This document shows, in pieces, positions 17,815-30,100 of a DNA stretch of 60,773 bases (within the stretch, counting starts at the first letter, position 1; each line of letters starts with the position of its first letter). A program made the translations under genes and the position numbers. The stretch spans positions 1 through 60,773 of the forward strand of contig PMOA01000060.1 of assembly GCA_003161635.1 (NCBI GenBank). Direction: 5' to 3'. The DNA is from Limisphaerales bacterium (GTDB lineage Bacteria; Verrucomicrobiota; Verrucomicrobiia; Limisphaerales; UBA11358). The notes beneath the pieces were generated by a model, which was given only the letters and a program-made list of their open reading frames with translations, was not told the origin of the DNA and made no database searches.

Positions 17815-18933
17815 ATGTACATACCTTTTCGGCTGGCCATGGCATTGTCTCTCGGCGCAATCCTGACCGGAGGTTGCGTCCCGGAGAAGGGCAAAACGGA
17901 CGCCGGCGAAAAAACCACCGGCCTTTTCCAGAACTGGCCGACGAATGCCGACCCTAAAACCGTCGGTGAAAAGGTGGCGCGGAATTTTCTCCAGCGCGAT
18001 TATCTGACCAACAAGGCTGGTTTCATCGTTTATCCCGAAGCCTGCACCGCGTTCGGCGCGCTGCGTTTCGCGGGGGCAACGGGCGACAAGGAATTGTTGC
18101 AAAAACTCGCCGGGCGTTACTCAGTGATTTTGACACCGGAAGGTCAAAAACTGGTTTCGACCAATCGCCATGTGGATTTCCGCGTCCTGGGCATTGTGCC
18201 GCTGGAAATTTACCTGGAGACGGGCGACACGCGTTACCTCAACCCCGGACGCGACCTCGCCGACCAGCAATGGGAAGACCCGTTGCCCGACGGCCTCACG
18301 CGCGAAACCCGCTGGTGGGTGGACGACGCGTTCATGATCGGCAGCCTGCAAATCCAGGCCTATCGCGCGACGAAGGACCCGAAATACGCCGACCGGGCCG
18401 CGACCCAACTCGCCGCCTACCTCGATCAATTGCAAAAAACCAACGGCCTGTTTTATCACGGCCCGGAAGTTCCGCACTTTTGGGGCCGGGGCAACGGCTG
18501 GTTCGCGGTTGCGCTCGCCGAAGTGCTCAGTTCGCTTCCGCCGGACCACCCGAAATACGCGCGGTTGATGGACGGCTATCGCAAAATGATGGCCGGGCTG
18601 CGGCGTTATCAAGCGCCATCCGGTTTGTGGCGGCAGCTCATTGACAACGACCAATCGTGGGTCGAGACCTCCTGCACGGGCATGTTTACCTATGCGATGA
18701 TTGTGGGTGTCCAGCATGGCTGGCTGGAGGCAAAGGAATACGGCGATTGCGCGCGCAAAGGCTGGATTGGCTTGTGCGGCTATGTTGATGCGGATGGCAA
18801 CGTCCGCGAAATTTGCGTCGGCACGGGTCAGAACCAGGACACGGAATACTATTTGAACCGTTCGCGTGCCGTCGGCGACTTGCACGGCCAGGCGCCCGTG
18901 TTGTGGTGCGCCTGGGCGCTGGCGCAAAAATGA
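17815..18933 (+). CDS. GH105/GH88 unsaturated glycosyl hydrolase, lipoprotein
   Basis: Lipobox LTGGC, WWVDD, GLFYH, FWGRGNGW, SGLWRQ, ETSCT. Confidence 0.9.
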   Translation: MYIPFRLAMALSLGAILTGGCVPEKGKTDAGEKTTGLFQNWPTNADPKTVGEKVARNFLQRDYLTNKAGFIVYPEACTAFGALRFAGATGDKELLQKLAGRYSVILTPEGQKLVSTNRHVDFRVLGIVPLEIYLETGDTRYLNPGRDLADQQWEDPLPDGLTRETRWWVDDAFMIGSLQIQAYRATKDPKYADRAATQLAAYLDQLQKTNGLFYHGPEVPHFWGRGNGWFAVALAEVLSSLPPDHPKYARLMDGYRKMMAGLRRYQAPSGLWRQLIDNDQSWVETSCTGMFTYAMIVGVQHGWLEAKEYGDCARKGWIGLCGYVDADGNVREICVGTGQNQDTEYYLNRSRAVGDLHGQAPVLWCAWALAQK

Positions 18934-19002
18934 ACGGCCGCCGCCCCAAACGAACGACCCGTGCGCCCGCCGGATTCGCGAGCGGTTTCCCGGGGCGAAA
19001 AA

Positions 19003-19368
19003 TCAGTGCGCGTGCGGCTTGGCGTATTCGACCATGCCGGTAATATCGATCGCCACGACCGGGTCATTGCCCACGACCCACGCGTCGTGACCCGGCGGGA
19101 GCAGTGAAACTTCACCCGGCCCGAACTCCGCCAGGCTGCCGTCGTCCATCAGCACGGCCAGCCGTCCAGAGACGTGATATTGCAGATGTGGCGCTTCGCA
19201 ACTTTTGGTTTTCATCAACGCCTTGAGCGACGTTGACCATTTCCAGCCCGGCTGGAGTGTGGCGCGACCAAACGTGACCCCGCCGAGCGTGATGAGTTCG
19301 AGTTTGCCCTTGTCGAACGTGCGAAGTTCATCGGGTTTCGACAGGGTTTTGCTTTGCATTTTGGCCAT
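19003..19368 (-). CDS. Cupin-domain protein
   Basis: PGWKWS..C..PH..Y..SG; PPGHDAWVVG. Confidence 0.88.
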   Translation of the reverse strand: MAKMQSKTLSKPDELRTFDKGKLELITLGGVTFGRATLQPGWKWSTSLKALMKTKSCEAPHLQYHVSGRLAVLMDDGSLAEFGPGEVSLLPPGHDAWVVGNDPVVAIDITGMVEYAKPHAH

Positions 19369-19480
19369 AATTTCCTTTCATTTTGTTCTTTAGCTGAGCT
19401 GGTCAAACGTAAGCCGGTAAAGTTGATTGGCAAGCACTTTCCCGAAGTGGAAATTGAACTGCGCCGGAAAGTTACGGAGG

Positions 19481-19722
19481 GGCGCATCTCAGTTTTTAAG
19501 CAGGTCGCGGAGCGACCTGATGATGGTAGCCGTGGCTGTTCAAGCCACGGTGAACAGCACAAAACGGCCGCCGTCGCGGAGCGACGGTTGAAACACGAGC
19601 CTGACGAGATTTCAGGCGTCGCTCCGCGACGCAAGACCAATGGACGCATTTCCGTGGGATAAATCCCACGGCTACAGTCAAATCTCGCTCCGCAAGGTGC
19701 TGCGCAAAAAGTGAGATGCGCC
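19481..19722. mobile_element. Non-autonomous MITE-like element with TIRs and 15-bp flanking direct repeat
   Basis: Ends GGCGCATCTCAgTTTTT / AAAAAgTGAGATGCGCC; GGAAAGTTACGGAGG at 19466-19480 and 19723-19737; internal GTCGCGGAGCGAC palindromes. Confidence 0.8.
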
Positions 19723-19791
19723 GGAAAGTTACGGAGGCTGAGATTCATTTTCTCCTGACAAAACAACCCTGTCCCCTTACATTTCACGCGG

Positions 19792-20556
19792 ATGGCCAAA
19801 CCGCCTTTGATTCTTGTTTCACCGAGCATCGAAAAACGGGGTGTCGAATTTCATGACCTTTCCGTCAGCCTTTCGGTCAAATACGAAAATGCCGTGCTCG
19901 AGGCCGGTGGCATCCCCGTCACCACGCCAACGACGACTGACCGGCAAATGCTCGCTGAAATTGTCCGCCGCACGGATGGTGTGTTGTTGACCGGCGGTGA
20001 CGACATCAATCCCGACCTTTACGACAAAAACCTTCCGCGAGCCGTCCGCAAAGCCGTCGGCCTGACGCCCGATGGCGGCGGGCGTGATTTGCGCGAACTG
20101 GTTTTAATTGATGAAATTTTTCGCCAGCACAAACCGCTTCTGGCAATTTGTCGCGGGCATCAATTGTTGAACATCGCGCTCGGCGGCCGGTTAATTGCGG
20201 ACATTCGCCGCCAGATGCCCGGCGCGCTGAACCATTGGCGCATGGACAAAGCGGGTGAATTAGTGCATGAAGTGCCATTGACATCGAGTTCGTTGCTGGC
20301 CAAGATGGTGGGGAAGCGGATTTTGGGTGTGAACAGTTCGCATCATCAGGCCGTCTTGAAACCGGCGGAACCGTTAATGGCTGTGGCGCGAACGCGTGAT
20401 GGAATAGTTGAAGCGATGGAATTGAAGCCGGACGCGGCGCGGGCAATGCCGTTTTTGTTGAGCGTGCAATTTCATCCCGAACGATTGACCGAACGATATG
20501 CTGACCACCGGGCGATTTTTCGCCGGTTTGTCGAAGCGTGCAGGCGGAGACGTTAA
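19792..20556 (+). CDS. Peptidase C26 / gamma-glutamyl-GABA hydrolase family amidotransferase
   Basis: LLTGGDD, AICRGHQLLN, VNSSHHQA, VQFHPE. Confidence 0.92.
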   Translation: MAKPPLILVSPSIEKRGVEFHDLSVSLSVKYENAVLEAGGIPVTTPTTTDRQMLAEIVRRTDGVLLTGGDDINPDLYDKNLPRAVRKAVGLTPDGGGRDLRELVLIDEIFRQHKPLLAICRGHQLLNIALGGRLIADIRRQMPGALNHWRMDKAGELVHEVPLTSSSLLAKMVGKRILGVNSSHHQAVLKPAEPLMAVARTRDGIVEAMELKPDAARAMPFLLSVQFHPERLTERYADHRAIFRRFVEACRRRR

Positions 20557-20558
20557 AC

Positions 20559-21902
<1,344 letters not shown>

Positions 21903-21944
21903 ATCTCAAACGAGACAGGCTGCAAACAATGCCGCCTATTCACT

Positions 21945-22340
21945 GTTAGACCGACTCGCGCATTATGAAAATTACTGAGTCCACTTGGTCGCCGTTTCAG
22001 TCGCTAGAGGTTCGCGACATTTGCGAGCATCTCACTGCCAACGAAAAGCGAAAGCTTCTCAATCAGGCAGCCAACTATGGGCGACATACGGCTTGGATAT
22101 TTGCTCTGCCTTGCGGGTTGGTAGCGATGATATTCTTTCACTCTGTCGTTATGGGTTCCGTCCTACTTGCACTTCTCCCTATTTATTGGTTCGCGTTAGT
22201 GTGGCCTCGGATTCGATCCCATCAGAAGCGAGTCCGAGAGATGTTGTGCATGACAGAGTATGCCAGAGCACGAGGATACCGTCCCGATGTTTTGAGCATG
22301 TTTGCTTTTCCGTGGTCACACCAGAAACCGTCGGTCTAAC
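21945..22340 (+). mobile_element. Orphan integron-type gene cassette with truncated attC
   Basis: GTTAGACCGAC (21945-21955) and its exact complement GTCGGTCTAAC (22330-22340) overlapping the stop codon. Confidence 0.65.
21965..22339 (+). CDS. Hypothetical 2TM membrane protein (cassette cargo)
   Basis: 124 aa, AT-richer than neighbours, two hydrophobic segments. Confidence 0.75.
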   Translation: MKITESTWSPFQSLEVRDICEHLTANEKRKLLNQAANYGRHTAWIFALPCGLVAMIFFHSVVMGSVLLALLPIYWFALVWPRIRSHQKRVREMLCMTEYARARGYRPDVLSMFAFPWSHQKPSV

Positions 22341-22370
22341 ACTTAGATAGGCTGCAAATTTTCTTCAGAT

Positions 22371-22490
22371 TCAAAGTTTTTCCAGTTCTTCCCGAAGTAA
22401 TTTCGTCAGTGGTTGAATGGTCTTCGCGCTGAATTCAAATTTGCAACCCGCCGCTTGAAACAATTCCGCCAACGGGCATGAACCGCCAAG
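22371..22490 (-). pseudogene. Diverged duplicate of the pepF 3' end
   Basis: LGGSCPLAELFQAAGCKFEFSAKTIQPLTKLLREELEKL* vs gene tail LGGSRPLPELFSAAGCPFRFDAATIKPLIQLAGAELAKL*. Confidence 0.9.
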
Positions 22491-22496
22491 CACAAC

Positions 22497-22627
22497 GTAG
22501 CGCAGGCATTCCTGCCTGCGGGTTCTGGCGACTTTCCAGTCGCCAGTCCTTGAAAACAAACCGCGCCCGCTGTCAAACACGGGACAGGAATGTCCCGTGA
22601 ACCCGCAGACAAGAATGTCTGCGCTAC
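22497..22627. repeat. GTAG REP doublet
   Basis: GTAGCGCAGGCATTCCTGCCTGCG...CGCAGACAAGAATGTCTGCGCTAC; same family at 34737-34835. Confidence 0.85.
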
Positions 22628-24435
22628 AGCTTTGCCAACTCCGCACCGGCCAGTTGAATCAACGGCTTGATCGTTGCCGCGTCGAATCGAAACGGGCAGC
22701 CGGCGGCGGAAAACAATTCCGGCAACGGGCGCGAGCCGCCGAGCGCGAGCGATTTTTTGTAGTCGTTCAACGTCTTTGCCTTGTTGCGTTTTGAATTCGC
22801 CCAGACCTGCAGCGCGCCGAGCTGCGCGATGCCGTATTCGATGTAGTAAAACGGGTGAGTGAAAATGTGAAGCTGCCGGTGCCAGAGATTGGCCCGCGCC
22901 GCTTTGTACCCACTCCAATCCACGTCCCCGCCGAAACGGTCCATCAATTCCAGCCACGCGGCGGCGCGCTCGGCGCGGCTGTGGCCGGGCTGAGTGTAAA
23001 TCCAGTGCTGGAACTCATCCACCGTGGCAATCCACGGGAAAACTCCGATGATACCTTCCAAATGAACCCGCCGCGCGCGGTTCGCGTCGGCGGCGGAATA
23101 AAATTCCTCGATGAATTCGTTGCCGAGCAGTTCCATGCTCATTGAGGCGACCTCGCAGAATTCAATGGGCGGGCTGTTGCGATAGGCATGCAAATCCTCG
23201 TTGCGCGCGGCCAGCGCGTGAAAGGCATGGCCGGCCTCGTGCAGAATCGTCTCCACGTCGCGCTGCTGGCCGACGGCATTCATAAAAATGAACGGCACGC
23301 GCGCCTCGGCCAGCGTCTGCTGATAGCCGCCCGGGGCCTTGCCTTTGCGATTGTCGAGGTCGAGCAGGCGCAGGTTCTGCATTTGCCGGAAACCGCCCGC
23401 GAGTTCGCCGTCCAGCCGGTCAAAAATTTTCTGCGTGCGCGAAACCATTTCGTCCACCGGCCCGAACGGTTTCAACGGCGGACGATTCTGCGGGTCAACC
23501 GCCAAATCCCACGGACGCAGGTGGCCCGGATGCAATTTGTCGAGGCCCAGTTGGTGGCGGCGGGCGGCGTGGAGTTCGCGCACGGCGGGCATGACTTCCC
23601 GGGCGACCGCATCGTGAAAACGCGTGCAATCCTGCGGCGTGTAATCGAACCGGCCGAGCCGGCGGAAGGCGTAATCGCGATAATTTTTGAACCCGGCGTT
23701 CCGGGCGGTTTGCTGGCGGAGTTCGATGAGCCGGTCGAAAATTTCGTCGAAATTGTCCACCTCCTGCAAACGCCGTCTGGCCACCAGTTCCCAGGCCTCC
23801 TGGCGCAGCGCGCGGTCCGGCTCTTCCAGGTAACAGCCCATCTGAACGAGCGTCTTTTCATCGCCGCGAAAGTTCACCGTGAGCGAGCCGGTCAATTTCT
23901 GGTATTGCTGGCAGAGCTTGGCGTCCTCGGTTTCAAGCGCGACGTTTTCCTGCCGGAACAGCTCGACGTGATTCTTTACGTCGCGGTCAAAGACTTCATA
24001 ACGCCGGAACGCCGGCCTCCGGCCCGACTCGTTGTCAACGGTTCGAGCCGGACCGGAGGCCGGCGCTCCAATCGCAAGCAGTTCGACGCGCTGCGGATGG
24101 GTGACGTAAATTTTTTCGAGCGCGAACTGGCGCGGCTTGAGTTGCGGCTCGACGTTTTCGACGAAATACAGATACGCCTTCTCCGCCTCGGCATTATCCG
24201 TGTGGCAGGTCATGGCGATGTAACGGCGGGACGATTCCTCGTCCAGCGCGGCGGTGAGTTCGCTCCAGTCGAGCAGCCAGCGTTCGAGGTCGGCGGCGAA
24301 TTTACATTGCGCGGCGCGTTTTTCCAACTGGTCGAACAGCGGCGCGATTTGCGGCCAGTCGCCGAGGTCAATGGTTTGCGGAACAAAGGTCCGGACTTTG
24401 TGGGCGGGCAATTTTCCAAACGGCAACAAATTCAT
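22624..24435 (-). CDS. pepF: M3-family oligoendopeptidase
   Basis: HEAGHAFH zinc motif, KAPGGY, EVASMSME, PFYYIEY. Confidence 0.92.
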   Translation of the reverse strand: MNLLPFGKLPAHKVRTFVPQTIDLGDWPQIAPLFDQLEKRAAQCKFAADLERWLLDWSELTAALDEESSRRYIAMTCHTDNAEAEKAYLYFVENVEPQLKPRQFALEKIYVTHPQRVELLAIGAPASGPARTVDNESGRRPAFRRYEVFDRDVKNHVELFRQENVALETEDAKLCQQYQKLTGSLTVNFRGDEKTLVQMGCYLEEPDRALRQEAWELVARRRLQEVDNFDEIFDRLIELRQQTARNAGFKNYRDYAFRRLGRFDYTPQDCTRFHDAVAREVMPAVRELHAARRHQLGLDKLHPGHLRPWDLAVDPQNRPPLKPFGPVDEMVSRTQKIFDRLDGELAGGFRQMQNLRLLDLDNRKGKAPGGYQQTLAEARVPFIFMNAVGQQRDVETILHEAGHAFHALAARNEDLHAYRNSPPIEFCEVASMSMELLGNEFIEEFYSAADANRARRVHLEGIIGVFPWIATVDEFQHWIYTQPGHSRAERAAAWLELMDRFGGDVDWSGYKAARANLWHRQLHIFTHPFYYIEYGIAQLGALQVWANSKRNKAKTLNDYKKSLALGGSRPLPELFSAAGCPFRFDAATIKPLIQLAGAELAKL

Positions 24436-24486
24436 GCGCGCAAAGGATAGGGAAAGCTGGCCCGAGGGAAATGAATTTTACACAAC

Positions 24487-25302
24487 TCATTGTGCGCGCC
24501 GAAGGACGACGCCCTCGAACCGCCATTTCTGCCGAAATTCGTCATAGGACATTCTGTCCAATCCATCCAGCGGATCACCGACGACGACCTCGGAATCGGT
24601 GACTTCGAGAACAGCAACATAGTGGTCAACCATGAAAGTGAACTTGATGACCGCCAGGGTAAGCCCGGCATTTTTCAATTCAGAAATGTCCTTGAATGCG
24701 TGATATTCAGCGATCAACCCGTCCTTGCCATAACGTTCCTGCAGAACTTGCGCAAGAATGTCCGGCGGCGTGCCGGTCGCGGCAGTGGTATGTGACAGAA
24801 TCGCAATTTGACCCTCTTCAGCTGGAAATCCGAGTTTGCGAAGGGCGGTCACGGCGGTGGCGGGACCGCAGGTGTAACTGGTGCTTTGCCGGCAGATTCC
24901 ATTTGGATCAATCTTCGTCTGAAGCCGGGCAAGATAATTTTGGTTGAACGCAGGCGCAAGAAACGGCCAAACGGACATGCCAAAAACAATCACCGCCATC
25001 AGCACACAAATTACGGCGCGATCCCGCTTTTGCGGCAACCGGGAAAGTGGCGTTGTCAAAACCATTGTGGCAACAAAACCAATGACGGCAAATTTCCTGC
25101 GGCCCAGCATCAACCACGAAATCGGCGGTGCAAACCACGTCGCGGGTTTATGAATGGCAAAGCCGTAGAGAAGAATCAACGAAAGTGGGATGAAATAGCC
25201 AAGCATCCAATAAGGTTTTTTCAGCCGCGAAAACCAAAATCCCAACCCTGCACCCGACAAGGCGAACAAGGCATCAGCCAACGACTCAAGCCAGGGAATC
25301 AT
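24487..25302 (-). CDS. Membrane protein with C39-type cysteine peptidase domain
   Basis: Four N-terminal TMs; RQST.YTCGPA, HYV, VGDP. Confidence 0.85.
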   Translation of the reverse strand: MIPWLESLADALFALSGAGLGFWFSRLKKPYWMLGYFIPLSLILLYGFAIHKPATWFAPPISWLMLGRRKFAVIGFVATMVLTTPLSRLPQKRDRAVICVLMAVIVFGMSVWPFLAPAFNQNYLARLQTKIDPNGICRQSTSYTCGPATAVTALRKLGFPAEEGQIAILSHTTAATGTPPDILAQVLQERYGKDGLIAEYHAFKDISELKNAGLTLAVIKFTFMVDHYVAVLEVTDSEVVVGDPLDGLDRMSYDEFRQKWRFEGVVLRRAQ

Positions 25303-25351
25303 TTGCCTTCAGCATAAACGAGCCCCCCGCGAGGAAAATGAATTTTGCGCC

Positions 25352-25561
25352 TTAGAACCTGGTTCTGACACCGCACGCGCGCACGAGACACCAGCCGCGC
25401 AGGGATTCAAAAATGGCGAACAGTCCCGCCACCACAAAAATCAGCCCCAGCCAGAGCCGGTAGTCCACAAGGACAATGCCCGCGATGAGACACAACGTGC
25501 CGATGACGCCGCGCGCCATGCGACCGCGGAAATTAAGGTTGGGCTTGAAGAAGCGGCTCAC
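25352..25561 (-). CDS. Small DUF2892-like membrane protein
   Basis: Two TMs, GWC..RACG.RT ending. Confidence 0.7.
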   Translation of the reverse strand: MSRFFKPNLNFRGRMARGVIGTLCLIAGIVLVDYRLWLGLIFVVAGLFAIFESLRGWCLVRACGVRTRF

Positions 25562-25654
25562 GGTGAAAAGTTAGCACGATGCGTGCCCAAAGCCAACAAG
25601 TTCGTTGCCGGAGACGCTGGCCAGCGTCAGCAGGTTTCGGCATAATAACGGAGC

Positions 25655-25876
25655 GTGGATTTGCTCAATGAACATTATCTCTGGGCGTCGTGTATCTGGG
25701 GCGCGATTGCCAGTGGTTATCTGATTTACGGCTGGCGCCAGCGGGCCGCGATACCGTTTGTCGGCGGCGTGGCGATGACTGCCGCATCCTTTTTAATCAG
25801 CAGCGCGTTACTGATGTCGCTGGCTTGTATCGCGCTGATGTTCGCGGTTTACTGGCTGTTGAAACAGGGGTATTGA
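25655..25876 (+). CDS. Small membrane protein
   Basis: 73 aa, three hydrophobic segments. Confidence 0.7.
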   Translation: MDLLNEHYLWASCIWGAIASGYLIYGWRQRAAIPFVGGVAMTAASFLISSALLMSLACIALMFAVYWLLKQGY

Positions 25877-25889
25877 TTCGCCCATTCAA

Positions 25890-27035
25890 ATGAAAATGAC
25901 CAGGGTTCACTGTCTCGGCCTCGTTCTCGCGCTGCTGGTGCTCAATTCCTGCACCTTTGCGCCTGGCCCATCCACGACGCAGAATTCCCAACCGCATCCA
26001 ACCGCGCCGGAACTGCCAGCCGGCCGCTGGACGCTGCGAATTCCCGCGGCGGACGCGCGCTTCCGATATGAGGGCCGCTTTGATTTTTCCGATTCGAATG
26101 CGTCGGTGATCGTCTGGCAGGCCAGCCGAATCAGCCTCGACTTCGAGGGTGACGCGGTCGGCCTGCTCTTCGATGACGCCAAAGGCCAGTGCTTTTTCAA
26201 CGCGGAGGTGGACGGCTCGAACACGGTCGTTGAAATCCGGGAAGGAAAACCGGCCCAGCCCGCAACGCTCGCGGGCTTTGGCCCCGGGCGTCACCACCTG
26301 ATGCTCTTCAAGCGCAGTGAAGCGGACGCCGGCACGGTCCGTTTTCGCGGTGTCGGGTTGACCGGCGGCGCAAAGGCTTGGGTGCCGCCGCCGCCGGTTT
26401 ACCAGCTCCGGATGGAATTTTTCGGCGATTCGATCACCGTCGGCGCCTGCAATGAAGACGGCGACACCGACCAGTGGGACAATCGCCGTACGCACAACGC
26501 CGCCCTCAGTTACGCCGCCCTGACGGCTGCCGCGTTCTCGGCCGATTACCGCAACATTGCCGTCAGCGGCATGGGCATCGCCACCGGCTGGGTTGACCGG
26601 AAGGCCGGCGAGGTGTGGGACAGAATCTATCCCAACCCCGCATCGCCGCGGGCGGACCTGACGCAATGGGTGCCGCAGGTCGTCTTCGTGAATTTTGGCG
26701 AAAACGACGATTCCTATCCGAGAGCCCACGGACAACCGTTCCCCGAAGGTTACACCGACGGCTACATCGCACTCGTCCGCGCCATCCGCACGGCGCATCC
26801 GACCGCCCACATCGTGCTCCTGCGCGGCGGCATGTTTGGCGGCGCGCAAAGCGAACCCTTGCGCCAGGCCTGGGAATCCGCCGTCACTCAACTCGAAGCC
26901 ACCGACCAAGGCATCAGCCATTTCGTCTTTAAACACTGGACCCAAAACCATCCGCGCGTGGCCGACGACCGCGCCCTGGCCGATGAGTTGATCGCCTGGT
27001 TGAAGCAGCAAAAATTTATGCGCGCGTACCGTTAA
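25890..27035 (+). CDS. SGNH/GDSL carbohydrate esterase (CE2-like)
   Basis: FFGDSITVG, IAVSGMG, NFGEND, HP; N-terminal YEGRF beta domain. Confidence 0.88.
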   Translation: MKMTRVHCLGLVLALLVLNSCTFAPGPSTTQNSQPHPTAPELPAGRWTLRIPAADARFRYEGRFDFSDSNASVIVWQASRISLDFEGDAVGLLFDDAKGQCFFNAEVDGSNTVVEIREGKPAQPATLAGFGPGRHHLMLFKRSEADAGTVRFRGVGLTGGAKAWVPPPPVYQLRMEFFGDSITVGACNEDGDTDQWDNRRTHNAALSYAALTAAAFSADYRNIAVSGMGIATGWVDRKAGEVWDRIYPNPASPRADLTQWVPQVVFVNFGENDDSYPRAHGQPFPEGYTDGYIALVRAIRTAHPTAHIVLLRGGMFGGAQSEPLRQAWESAVTQLEATDQGISHFVFKHWTQNHPRVADDRALADELIAWLKQQKFMRAYR

Positions 27036-27068
27036 TCGGCTTCCGATAAACGGCCGATTCAAACACGC

Positions 27069-27105
27069 AAAAAACCCGGAAGCCAGTCGCCCGGCTTCCG
27101 GTTTT
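27069..27105. terminator. Bidirectional intrinsic terminator
   Basis: AAAAAAC-CCGGAAGCC...GGCTTCCGG-TTTT between convergent genes. Confidence 0.75.
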
Positions 27106-27168
27106 GAATCGTTTGGTAGGGACGCGCTGCCGCGCGTCCGGCGGACCAGCAGATCCGCCCTACCTCGT

Positions 27169-28461
<1,293 letters not shown>

Positions 28462-28587
28462 TTATTTTTAAATTTTCCAACTTCAAAATCCGAAGCGGAC
28501 ATAATAAAAGTTGCGCGCGGCGAGTCAAGAAAGCGTTGCCGGCTGGACCGGACAGGCTGCATTTTGACCCCATCATTCTTTTCCCTC

Positions 28588-28710
28588 CTGGGCGCGCCGG
28601 CGTCCACCCTCCGCAGTAGCCTCGCTACGGAGGGTGGAAAGGACGGGTCCCGCCGGCTGGCCGCGTTGCAATGGACAGTTCCACCTGCCGACGAGACGCC
28701 GGCGCTCCCA
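28588..28710. repeat. REP doublet with nested 45-nt palindrome
   Basis: CTGGGCGCGCCGGCG[45 nt]TCCCGCCGG...GACGCCGGCGCTCCCAG. Confidence 0.75.
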
Positions 28711-28727
28711 GAGCCGGCTATCCGGCT

Positions 28728-29996
28728 TCACTCAAACCATGCCAGCTTTGATTTGTTGGTGAAGTAGAGCAGTCCCAGCAACCGCATCTCAACGGTGATC
28801 CCATAGAGGCTGATGAACGTGCTGATAACTGTCGGCAGCACAGGTATTCCGGTCAATTCTAACAACATTCGGCTGCCGTGCATCAAGGCAATGATCACGA
28901 GGAATATCCCGCAAATAGTCAGATAGGGCAGCGGAACCTTTCCGATGCCGGAAAAAATGATGATCGGGTTCAGGCCGGTAATGCCGTCCGCAAGACATAC
29001 GGTCAGGATGGCCATCGGCAGACAGAAAAGCCCCAGCAACAACAGCGGCAAACCGGCCAGCGGCGAGACGAACAACATGACCGCGATGCCGGGGCCAAGA
29101 CAGAGGAACCAGATGACGCCAAACCGAAAAAAGGGAATCGCCAGATCGTCCCAAAAGCCCGATATCTCCGGCCAATCGGGCATTTTCTCTTCACCTTGGG
29201 AAGAGGCCTGGACAATGTTTTGCATGAACGCAAACAGATAACCGACACTCATGATGAGACAGAGCCAATAAGCCAGTCCCAAAACCCCCGCAAACTTGAA
29301 GTGGGACAAAACCCAACGCCCGCCATCAAGGAAGCTAAAAACGATCGTTCCGCAAACCAGCAGAATCGCGCCATCCTTCTTGAGGGGATAGGAAAATGCC
29401 TCCCGCCAAAGGGCAAAGAAATTGGTGAGAGCCGGGGCCGCCAGGCGCCGGTATTCGGAAACGCTGACACAACTGCCGCCGCACTTGGGGCAATTTTGGA
29501 AAAACTTCATGCCGCCGCGCGTTGTCTTGACGCAAGCCGCACACAGCATCGCTCCGCAACGGATACAAGCCCACTTGGCTGCAACTTCGGGATGTTGGAC
29601 ACAGACCTCGACGTTGTTTGCGGCAGGAGTTTCGACCAGATTGACCGCCTTGGCACCCTCACTCACGGCCAGCGGCGTTTCCACGGAAATCCGCACCGGT
29701 TGCCTGACGGGGTCACCCTGACAAATCATGTTGACGGTACCCAGACAAAGCACCTGCCCCGGCTGAAGCACTGCCGATTGAATGGGTTGTCCATCGAGAA
29801 ATGTGCCGTTGGTGGAACCAAGATCCCGTACCGTGATGACATCGTCCTTCAGGTCAATCTGGCAATGATGGCTGGAAACGGAATTGTCGCTGATTTGAAA
29901 ATCGTTGTCCTCGGTCCGTCCCAACCGGTTCAATCCCGGTTTGAGCAGGATCTCCTGCAAGCCGTGCGGACTTCCTTCCATGCGCAGTCGCACCAT
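28728..29996 (-). CDS. FHA + B-box-like Zn finger + multi-TM protein
   Basis: LGR, VSSHH, DLGSTNGTF; CxxH..CxxC..CxxC..CxxC; about six TMs. Confidence 0.85.
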   Translation of the reverse strand: MVRLRMEGSPHGLQEILLKPGLNRLGRTEDNDFQISDNSVSSHHCQIDLKDDVITVRDLGSTNGTFLDGQPIQSAVLQPGQVLCLGTVNMICQGDPVRQPVRISVETPLAVSEGAKAVNLVETPAANNVEVCVQHPEVAAKWACIRCGAMLCAACVKTTRGGMKFFQNCPKCGGSCVSVSEYRRLAAPALTNFFALWREAFSYPLKKDGAILLVCGTIVFSFLDGGRWVLSHFKFAGVLGLAYWLCLIMSVGYLFAFMQNIVQASSQGEEKMPDWPEISGFWDDLAIPFFRFGVIWFLCLGPGIAVMLFVSPLAGLPLLLLGLFCLPMAILTVCLADGITGLNPIIIFSGIGKVPLPYLTICGIFLVIIALMHGSRMLLELTGIPVLPTVISTFISLYGITVEMRLLGLLYFTNKSKLAWFE

Positions 29997-30100
29997 AAAT
30001 CCAATGGGTTTAAATTATCTGATTCTTGGCCTTCGATTTCAAAATAAAATTAAGGAGCCGGACCATCCCGGTCAATTCATTTTGACAATCCCCGGCGCCT

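Noticed and set aside
22371-22745. Duplicated tails as DGR template/variable repeats (also gcvP)
   Set aside because: Differences involve all four bases rather than adenines only, and there is no reverse transcriptase in the window
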